DNA of 46,937 bases from Trichomonas gallinae (taxonomy: Eukaryota): NCBI GenBank assembly GCA_008369845.1, contig MRSU01010447.1:1-46937 (forward strand). Reading direction: 5' to 3'. The translations under genes and the position numbers were made by a program. Position 1 is the first letter of the stretch, and each line of letters opens with the position of its first letter. Below, one piece after another: positions 38,971-46,937 of this stretch. A model generated the notes under the pieces. It made no database searches, was not told where the DNA came from, and saw nothing but the letters and a program-made list of their open reading frames with translations.

Positions 38971-39477
38971 CTTTATATTTTTGAGAGTGATCATAAGGTT
39001 TCTTCACGCCCGTAAAATTGTTGTCTTTTTGTTTTTGAGATCTATATTACGAATACTCATCGAATTTAGCAAAAAATTTGCTTTTTAATATAAATTTCTC
39101 CAAGATTTTGCAAAATTTTCAACAGAAACAGCCCTTTTCTATCGAATCAAACACACAAACACATCTTATAGCACAATTATTCCACTCTATTTTTCCTCTA
39201 TTTAAGATAATTCATGAAAATTTTAAAAATCAAATTATTTATTTAGCCATATGACCTATTTCCAATCAAATAAACCAATTTATATCATCATAGAAATGTT
39301 ATATCTACCAATATTTTCTATCTAAATTAATAAAATTTTAAACAATATTGATTAAAGACCATAAATATTTCCAATTATTCAACCATATCATTCATACTTA
39401 TCTCTCTTTGAATGATTCATTAAATGATTTTCAAATCGAGAAAAATAATCTAGTATATAAATAAAAAAGAAAACATT

Positions 39478-42400
39478 TTATGGTAGAAATACAATTTTTT
39501 TCGGGAAAACAACTTTTTGGAACAAAGATTTCGGTGGTGCCGCTGTCTTTTCTTTCTTCTCCTTTTTCTCCTTCTTTTCCTTCTTCTCTTTCTTCGGCTT
39601 TGTTTCTGGAGGCGGGACTGGCAGCGGCATTGGTAGTGTCTGCTTTTGCACTGTGTTCGCGTTCGGCGAAACTTGGTTCTGTGACTGTGGCGAGAATTGA
39701 GGAATTGGCGGCGGATTCATTGGCTGCTGTTGTTGTGAATTCTGCTGCATCTGCATCTGTTGCTGATACATGTGATAAAAGAACTGCTGCTGGTACTGAT
39801 TGAACTGGCTCTGTGGCATCTTCATTAGCTTGTTCTGTATCTGAGGAGTGAGAACAAAATTATTCGGATTGCTTTGCTGCTGCGTTTGCTGGTGAGACTG
39901 TTGATGGGATGGTTGATGTGTTTTCTGGTGTGGTTGCTGCTGTTGAGGCGGTGTTTGAGTTCCTGGTGGTGGAGGAAGCTGGAACGGTTTCAGTTGTGAA
40001 TTCTGCTGGAACTGTTGCTGATTCTGTTGTTGCTGCTGAGGCATTGGTGGGAGTGGTGGCATTCCGAACTGTATCTGCGGGATCTGGACTGACTGTTGTT
40101 GTTGTTGCTGCTTGCGCTTCTTAGGCTCAGGTGGGATTTGCTGAGGGATCTGCTGAGGCTGTTGCGGCTGCTTTTGAGGATGTTGGAACTGCATCTGCTG
40201 GAAGTTCATGTATTGCTGCATCTGCTGAGCGAAAGGAATCTGCTGCTGTTGCTGCTGCGGCTGTTGTGGAGTCTGGAATTGCTGCGGCATCATAAACTGT
40301 GGCGGGAACATGGCCCTCTGTGCGTCTTGGCCATGCTTAGGCGCCTGAAGTTGTGGCTGTGGCAACTGTTGTTGCTGCTGCATGAAGTGCGACTGAGCGT
40401 TTCTCACCTGCTGAGACATTGGCGACTGCATCTGCTGCTGAGACGTGCTAGATTGTTTGGGCTGAAGAAAATCAGGAAGAGACTCTAATGTAAACAGCGG
40501 CTTGTCGTCTTGTTTTGGCGGAATTATATCTTGGGGCATCGATTTCGGTTTTGTCGATGATGATCTGGAAGGCGAAGGAATTGTTACACCCATATCAGTT
40601 GGAAGAGAGACTGTGCGTGATTGCCTGCCAGACATCATAGCCTGCACCTGAGACTGCGCCAAGTTTTGTGCTGCTATCTGTGCCTTTGCCTTTGCGTAAT
40701 CGACAGGTTGAGGGTATCCATGAGATGGCGTGTTGTATGTCTTAGATTTCGACTCCTTGTGAGCCTCTTTCTTAGGTGTGAACGTCATAATGTCATTAAG
40801 CGAGTTATCTTTCTTGCCTTGCATAGATGAAGTTTGCTGAGTCATAATTGGGGGCAGTTGAAGTGGCATCATTGGAGCTGGTTGTTGCGGTTGAGCTTGC
40901 GGTGGATGTGGAGCAGCTGGCTGCTGTGTTTGCGGGCGCTGCAGCATGAACTGGTTTGCCTGAGCCATTTTCTCTCTGAGGTCAACGTTGACGAGTTCTA
41001 TGGAATTGATTCCTTCATGGAATCTGATCTTTCTCGGGATGTCTCTGTTGGACATGATGATTTGAATCAATCGCTGGCCGAGCTTTCCTTGCACTTTGAG
41101 GGACTCTTCGAACTCGTACAAAGGACGCGAGAAAGGCACGTCGAAGTAAGTGGAGGACGTGTGCGGGATACAGCTTGCGATCTGTCCGACGATTCTGAAT
41201 CCAAACTGTACGATTCCTGTTAGCAGGGCCATGTCGCAGGACGTGTCCCAGTTTGGCGGCATTCCCTGGTTGTCCTTGCTCTCTTTGATGCCAGAGATTG
41301 CAAGCGCGTGGATATGCTCGAGGCGCTGCGTGGCCGAGATGTAGCGCTCTCTGATGTTTGTGCCTGTGAACGATTGCGCGGGTATTGTGTCGGGAAGGTT
41401 CATGAGTCTCTGCGGGATGATTAACGCATCATCGCTTCTCGCCGGCTGCTTGATGAACTTGTCGAGATCGAGGAGGAATCTTTTAACTTCCGATGTCGGC
41501 TTTGTTGTGATATGTGTGAGCGCGTGGAACTCCTCCCAGTCCTGCTGCTGGCCTTTGTAAGGAATGTAGAAGTCCATTGATACCTGGATGATTCGCTTAA
41601 GCTCTTCCGCATTCCACTGCATCACGAACGGGCCTTTGATTGTTCGCTGCAATATAGGACGCATCATCTTGTCAGCGAGAAGCGCACTGGTGTTGTTCTC
41701 AGCGTTCGCGTGAAGACATGCCGACAAAAGGTCAACGTGTATTGCATTGATAAACATCTTAAAGTACTCGCGAAGCATCTCTTCTGAAGCTTGGAACTCA
41801 GCCATGTCGACCATAATCTCCTGCCAGTTCGATCCGTGCGCGAGGAATGAGTTTAAGAGCGCGTAGAAGAACCTCGGTGAGGTGCCGACGAAATTCTTTG
41901 CCATTGGGAAACGAGGCGGAAGGTATGGTTCTTGGTGAATGCTCAAAAACGCTCTGACGATCCAAACGTTTTCGACGTGGCTGAGGATTGACTCGCTCTG
42001 CGCTTTGAGGTTCTTCAAAAAGTTGTGCTTAAGGAAAACAGGAGTCTGAAGCGTTGGTTCTTCAGCTGTGACTTGGTGCCAGAAGTTCGCTGGATCGTCA
42101 AACTGGTCTTCGAACGGCTGCGTGAAAAACTCGAACCAAATAATCGAGTTGATCAAGTTATGCCTCGCGAGTTGCGATTTGTCCATATCGCTGAGGAAGT
42201 GCAAAAGCACGGCGCGCGCAAATATGTATACGTCTTCCTGTGGTCTACCCATCAGCTCCGCAATTTTCGAAAATTCGCTGAATCCGAATTTCAGCAAAAA
42301 GTCGACAATCCTCATCGCCTCCTGCTTCTTCCACGTGACCTGCTTGATGTGCTCGAGGCGGGAGTGCGCGAAGGCGATGTCCCAGAATTCATCCTGGCTT

Positions 42401-44805
42401 GTTACCATGTCGACGATCGGCTTGAACATGTCTTGCAGTGTTTTGTCGCCGGGAACAGTTATCGTGGTGTCTTCGTGGTATGTAGCTTCGTGGGAAGGCT
42501 GCGTCGTGAGCGCCTCTATGCGGAGGAAGATGTCCATCTCGTTGTAGTTTGCTAAGGTGTAGTCGAAGCTGGCGTCGTGAACGAAGCGGCCGTAAAAAAC
42601 AGCTTCGAGGCTGTCGTCTGTTATTAACCTGAAAACTTCAAGGTTCTGGCCACGAGTAAAGAACCTGACAAGGTTGACATCGCAGTCAAGCGAGCGGCCG
42701 ACATCGAAGAAAATGATTCTGTTCGGCTGATATTTCTCTAGATAAGGCGCAGAATAATTTCTTGTCATTAGAATGACGCCATCATTGAGAGAGGTTGAAA
42801 ACATCTCATCGCGGTTGACGGAGTCGACAATTCCATAGTTTACGTGACGAGATTGAAGAAGAGGAACGATTAATCTGATTAATGCAAAACTATCGCAAAT
42901 TAATACTGTGAGAGATACTTCTTTGATAAGGTCTATGAGTTTGTTCATCTTGTTTGAAGTAGAAATAAACAGTTCAAGATATTGTTCTGATGTAATCGAA
43001 GATAAGTTGAAACGCGCTTTATGCTTGTTGATAATAAGATCATCCATGGCTTTAGTAAGGAATGGATGCTGATGGCACTTATACATTTCTCTATATAAAA
43101 ATGTTGGATCGCGAAAAACCCTTCCGCGGGAGTTGCGCATCTTAAGTAGCTTTGAAAGTCTGTCGTGAATTTGAGGTGCTACAGCATTTGTTACAAAAAC
43201 GACATTTTCTTTGTATTGAAAATCGAATTTGTCTTCTGGTCTATTATCGATTAATATTTTGAATATTCCTGGATAGTTGCACGTAACATATTCATCTGAG
43301 TCGATTACAACGTTGCTCCATTTAACGTTAACTAATGAATTTGATTCTTTTGCGTAAATTGGTGCATTCATTATCAGAACATCGGCCTTTGGTCCACGAT
43401 CGCATATAATTTCGTTAGATCTAACAATGAGTCGAGAATCTACTTCAGTGTCGTAAATCGAAACATATAAGTAAGTCATTATGCGAAAAGCGTCCATCCA
43501 GTTGTTGATTCTGGACGCAGATGTAATAATAATCGTTTTCATCTTATGGTTTTGCTTTTTAGCATAATGTAAGAAAGCTGCGACAGCACCGATGCGTCCT
43601 GTAGCAGGATTTGATAATTTGCACTGCGGCATCGACTGAGAAGCAGTGATTAGCTGATTTACGATGTGCTTTTGCGAGTCTGTTAATGTAATTTTTCTTT
43701 CTAATAACGGAAAGTCTGTCATTGGCTGAAATGGAAGCGGAGACCCGCGATTTAAGCGTAGTGTGTTAATCCAGTATATGTCAATAAGTCTTGGAAGTTC
43801 TGCTAAGTTTGCAATTGAAAAAGGCAAATCTGACTTACGAAGCAATAATTCTGGGCTTTCCCAAGTAGCTTTATTTTCCTGGTATCCCTGCCACTTTACT
43901 AAGAACTCAACTGACTTCGGTGGCTCAATAGCTTCGTGTTTTTCTTCTTCTTCTTCGACTTCGTTTGTTTTTTCGTCCGCGCGCTTTAAATTGATGATAC
44001 CGCATTCATCGAGGAATGTCTCCGCAATGTCTTCTATGTGCCTTAACGGTTTTTCAAACTCGATAATTTTTTCTAGATTTGGATGTGATTTAGTTGGGAA
44101 GCCGGGAACATAAACATTCGAATCCACTATTTCTTGCGGTGTCTCCTCTTTCTCTCCAATAGCTCTATGCGAAACAATTCTATCAACGTATAATAATTCT
44201 ATTGGAATTCGAGAGAAAACTGGCTCATAGTAGTTATTAGATATATCAGAGAGCTCGATTCCTTGCTGATCTGAGAGTGCTTCGAAGTGTTTTTGCAGAG
44301 CTTCTGTGTTTGCACCGCTTTTTAAGTCTTTTTCGGAGTAAATTTTCGAATGGAAGAGAGATTTTTCTGGAATTTGGCAGATATATTGTGTTTCGTCCGG
44401 AATTTGGCTGTTTTTTGCAATGATGGTAGCGATTTTTGGTCCAGTAGTTAAAACTTTCTTTGGCGCTGGCTGAGCATTTGTTTCTGTATCATCTGGATCA
44501 TCTGAATCTATGTAATTACTTTTCTTTCGCGATCTCAAGCTTCTTCTTGGCGCATCTGAAACGTCAGCTTGTGCCGCAAATTCGTCCTCATCGAAACTAT
44601 CGCTGTCTTCTATCTCCAGTTTTTTTGCTTTTGTCTTGCCTTTAGGCCGTCCGCGGTGAGGAACAGTTGGCGGTGGTGGAATTCCAGCCTGCTGCTGTTG
44701 TTGCATTTGTCTTAGCTGCAGCTCTAGGATCCTCTTTCGTAAAGGCTCTGGAAGATTATTAAAATTTAACCCAGGAGGTGGCCTATCTCCTGGATTTGGA
44801 AGCAT
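39478..44805 (-). CDS. CHD-family chromatin-remodeller-like protein with a degenerate SNF2 ATPase and a Gln/Pro-rich C-terminus, 1775 aa
   Basis: AT-hook-like RGRP; chromodomain VDRIVSHR...EFLVKWQGYQENKATWE; SNF2 remnants LTDSQ, INNW..F, KCHQHPFL, SNKM..L and VFRLITDDSLE; SANT/SLIDE-like WKKQE...LLKFGF and WDTSCDMALLTGIVQFGF. ATG at 44805 (44838 is TTG). Confidence 0.8.
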   Translation of the reverse strand: MLPNPGDRPPPGLNFNNLPEPLRKRILELQLRQMQQQQQAGIPPPPTVPHRGRPKGKTKAKKLEIEDSDSFDEDEFAAQADVSDAPRRSLRSRKKSNYIDSDDPDDTETNAQPAPKKVLTTGPKIATIIAKNSQIPDETQYICQIPEKSLFHSKIYSEKDLKSGANTEALQKHFEALSDQQGIELSDISNNYYEPVFSRIPIELLYVDRIVSHRAIGEKEETPQEIVDSNVYVPGFPTKSHPNLEKIIEFEKPLRHIEDIAETFLDECGIINLKRADEKTNEVEEEEEKHEAIEPPKSVEFLVKWQGYQENKATWESPELLLRKSDLPFSIANLAELPRLIDIYWINTLRLNRGSPLPFQPMTDFPLLERKITLTDSQKHIVNQLITASQSMPQCKLSNPATGRIGAVAAFLHYAKKQNHKMKTIIITSASRINNWMDAFRIMTYLYVSIYDTEVDSRLIVRSNEIICDRGPKADVLIMNAPIYAKESNSLVNVKWSNVVIDSDEYVTCNYPGIFKILIDNRPEDKFDFQYKENVVFVTNAVAPQIHDRLSKLLKMRNSRGRVFRDPTFLYREMYKCHQHPFLTKAMDDLIINKHKARFNLSSITSEQYLELFISTSNKMNKLIDLIKEVSLTVLICDSFALIRLIVPLLQSRHVNYGIVDSVNRDEMFSTSLNDGVILMTRNYSAPYLEKYQPNRIIFFDVGRSLDCDVNLVRFFTRGQNLEVFRLITDDSLEAVFYGRFVHDASFDYTLANYNEMDIFLRIEALTTQPSHEATYHEDTTITVPGDKTLQDMFKPIVDMVTSQDEFWDIAFAHSRLEHIKQVTWKKQEAMRIVDFLLKFGFSEFSKIAELMGRPQEDVYIFARAVLLHFLSDMDKSQLARHNLINSIIWFEFFTQPFEDQFDDPANFWHQVTAEEPTLQTPVFLKHNFLKNLKAQSESILSHVENVWIVRAFLSIHQEPYLPPRFPMAKNFVGTSPRFFYALLNSFLAHGSNWQEIMVDMAEFQASEEMLREYFKMFINAIHVDLLSACLHANAENNTSALLADKMMRPILQRTIKGPFVMQWNAEELKRIIQVSMDFYIPYKGQQQDWEEFHALTHITTKPTSEVKRFLLDLDKFIKQPARSDDALIIPQRLMNLPDTIPAQSFTGTNIRERYISATQRLEHIHALAISGIKESKDNQGMPPNWDTSCDMALLTGIVQFGFRIVGQIASCIPHTSSTYFDVPFSRPLYEFEESLKVQGKLGQRLIQIIMSNRDIPRKIRFHEGINSIELVNVDLREKMAQANQFMLQRPQTQQPAAPHPPQAQPQQPAPMMPLQLPPIMTQQTSSMQGKKDNSLNDIMTFTPKKEAHKESKSKTYNTPSHGYPQPVDYAKAKAQIAAQNLAQSQVQAMMSGRQSRTVSLPTDMGVTIPSPSRSSSTKPKSMPQDIIPPKQDDKPLFTLESLPDFLQPKQSSTSQQQMQSPMSQQVRNAQSHFMQQQQQLPQPQLQAPKHGQDAQRAMFPPQFMMPQQFQTPQQPQQQQQQIPFAQQMQQYMNFQQMQFQHPQKQPQQPQQIPQQIPPEPKKRKQQQQQQSVQIPQIQFGMPPLPPMPQQQQQNQQQFQQNSQLKPFQLPPPPGTQTPPQQQQPHQKTHQPSHQQSHQQTQQQSNPNNFVLTPQIQNKLMKMPQSQFNQYQQQFFYHMYQQQMQMQQNSQQQQPMNPPPIPQFSPQSQNQVSPNANTVQKQTLPMPLPVPPPETKPKKEKKEKKEKKEKKEKTAAPPKSLFQKVVFPKKIVFLP
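39560..40960 (-). repeat. Gln/Pro-rich low-complexity region and KEK repeats of the CHD-like protein
   Basis: Multiple CAG/CAA runs and terminal KKEKKEKKEKKEK. Confidence 0.8.
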
Positions 44806-45209
44806 TGTTATAAAGTTTTTTTTTTGGGAAAAAATCAAAAAAGTGCCTCTCTGGACGTTAAATTCTCACTTTTTCGCGGGATTTTTTTTCCTTTTCTAAA
44901 CAAATAGTTTTGATATCATTAATCAGTGCTTCATGATGTCATTATTAATCCTTCAATCCAAATTTACTGATATTCTATTTATTTCTTCATGAATTTGTTA
45001 TCATTTTTATTTGGATTCATGTCACTTTTTTTAAGCGTCACACTTTACAATTTTCATTTTTCTTATGAAAACTATTGAGTTAGAAATAATATTTATTGGG
45101 AAAAAGTGAACCTATTATTGTGCTCATCAATATGATGCAAAGTCCCTATAAATGATAAATTCAATCATTCAGCCACTATTAATATAGTGATTATTTCTTT
45201 GCTGTGTTC

Positions 45210-46458
45210 TTATAATATATAATATAGTTTCTTCTGTATCAAATCATAAAATCTGCGTTTTTTTATAAATATTATGATTTTAATTATGGATTCACGAATG
45301 GTGGAAGAATTTAATCGCCATTCGGTTGGCGGAACGATAAGAAAAAGGTTATTGTAAAAATTCATGATTTTTCTTCGTATTAATTTTTTTTTTGCGATTT
45401 TCTTAGCATCTATTTGCAATTTTTGAATTCACCAGACGTATTTTAATACATAAGACTGTGTGAAATATGTTTGATGAATTGAGATATCTTCATTATTTCT
45501 TCCACCAGGTAGCACCCGGCGGAACAATTGGGTAGCATTGTAATTGACTAGTTTCCACCACCCTTCACGGGTGTCGTGCGTGGTGGATCTTTTCCATCAA
45601 CTCTTTGATGCAGAAGATTCAAAATGATGTTTTACAATGAATTCCATTGATGCGTCACTAAAAATTATTTTTGAAATTCACTGATTTATTTTTGAATCAT
45701 CCAAAAAAGCGATTATATTCATCATTGTATATTTCTGTCCTCATATTTACAGTGTTTGTAGTTTCAAAAATTTAAAGTTCATTCATTAACAATCATTATT
45801 ATGACTGATGCACGACGAATTTCATCCTACAGCTCATAAAACATATGCCACTATAAACAGTGCAATACAATGTATTTGAAGATAAATAGCGCACGAATTT
45901 TTAAGCAAATTTTATCATCATATTTAATTTTAAATTCAGTTATTTACTACATGTGAAATGTAAATTCCAGCGATTTTATACATTATATAAATCAATTCGA
46001 ATATTTTTATCCACATATTTCGGATATCAATGAAAATCGCGGGTGCTGGTCAAATAATCAATCATGACGATACAACATCTAGTATTAAATAATGCTATGA
46101 CATAAAATCTAAAGATCCATGCGTGATTTAAGATTTTTTCTAAAAATATTAAATTAATAAAGTTTTAAAGCTTTGCAAGATAATATAGAAAGTCTCTGTC
46201 ATATTTTTCAGCTATTTCAGTAATTCATTTTAATTCATAAATTTTCCAATATGATGAACAATTTTTTGGGAAAGCATCCGATAAAATAGTAGTGAAATTG
46301 TTTGCGGAATGATTGATTATTTCGAATATTTCAGATTGCAATAATTCATCGCATTGAATATAAGCTAAGCAAGATATAATATGCGCAATAGTCTGAAACT
46401 GTTTCGGAATTATCAACTCACTGATGCTTTTCAATTTGAGCGCATCATAAGTCTTCAT
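45210..46458 (-). pseudogene. Decayed gene of about 1.25 kb with multiple stops and frameshifts
   Basis: The frame from ATG 46458 continues past TGA as ITEIAEKYDRDFLYYLAKL*NFINLIFLEKILNHAW. The frame ~45596-45210 reads WKRSTTHDTREGWWKLVNYNATQLFRRVLPGGRNNEDISIHQTYFTQSYVLKYVW*IQKLQIDAKK... with one TGA at 45431-45429. Confidence 0.5.
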
Positions 46459-46627
46459 TTATATTTTTGTCACTTTTATAATGAATAACCTTTTCATATA
46501 TGCGGGACGAAAAATAATTATTTTAAAGACAACAATGAAGGAAATGTTTAATATCGCAACATATAAAAAAGAAATGAATAATTTGAAATTGATTTTTTTT
46601 GAAAGAAATTTAAAACGAAACCATCAG

Positions 46628-46937
46628 TAAGGATGTCGAAAAGTGGGGTGGGGTACCCCATGTTTTTAAAATGATGGGGTATGGGGTATTGTCACTTTTC
46701 TGATGATTTTTTTGTTCTACATTAAAGCGCTCTACGACTCATAATATTAACATTACTGAATGATTTTGTATTAATACATTAATAAAAAGCTTTAGAAACT
46801 GAAAAATATAAAAATAAATCAATGATTATTACCATATACCGACATTTGTAGTTTTGGGGGGTGGGTTACCTGATGGGTTACCTATTTTTTATTGTTGATG
46901 TGTGCTTATCATTCAGTTTAAAGCTGCTCCCCACTAA
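46628..46937. mobile_element. Possible DNA-transposon end with G-rich subterminal repeats
   Basis: TAAGGATGTCGAAAAG at 46628 (compare the Ac/hAT end TAGGGATG); four GGGG tracts at 46645-46686; palindrome TGGGGTACCCCA (46649-46660); TGGGTTACCT twice (46862, 46874). Confidence 0.4.

Noticed and set aside
39480..44645. Many plus-strand ORFs (Leu-rich etc.) opposite the CHD-like gene
   Set aside because: Antisense shadows of codon-biased and CAG-rich coding sequence. The same applies to those opposite the DZIP1-like, FAM184-like, Pds5, 870-aa and TOR-like genes.
1..46937. Spliceosomal introns; and the whole block as one giant transposon
   Set aside because: I noticed no ACTAACACACAG-type 3' intron motif and all genes are continuous ORFs. 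The left and right edge motifs are not inverted copies of each other, and no transposase, integrase or Maverick gene is present.

Overview
AT-rich eukaryotic DNA carrying 16 apparently intronless protein-coding genes with short intergenic spacers. TCA(T/C)(T/A) initiator motifs sit within about 20 nt upstream of most ATGs. This style is most consistent with a trichomonad such as Trichomonas vaginalis or a relative (inferred, not proven). Genes in order: ubiquitin-like-domain protein, cytosolic carboxypeptidase (CCP/Nna1), DZIP1/Iguana-like zinc finger, FAM184-like coiled coil, HP1-like chromo plus chromoshadow protein, small coiled coil, Las1, Pds5, hypothetical protein (possible PH plus degenerate RasGAP), SUT/SLC45-type MFS transporter, TOR-like PIKK, ERGIC-53/VIP36-like lectin, R2R3-type Myb, triple-CAP protein, divergent Vps35 and a CHD-like remodeller. 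The most notable theme is intact, full-length ORFs whose catalytic motifs are eroded, above all a TOR-like pseudokinase and a CHD-like pseudo-ATPase. Non-coding signals include E2F-like/Myb-like site clusters, a 30-bp-periodic triple motif in a 131-bp divergent promoter, clustered TGACAAA motifs, decayed gene fragments, and possible DNA-transposon termini at both window edges. I recognised no rRNA, tRNA or CRISPR array. Several ORF-track starts (TTG/GTG or an upstream ATG) were moved to the likely ATG. All family calls come from recognising motifs by eye, without database searches.
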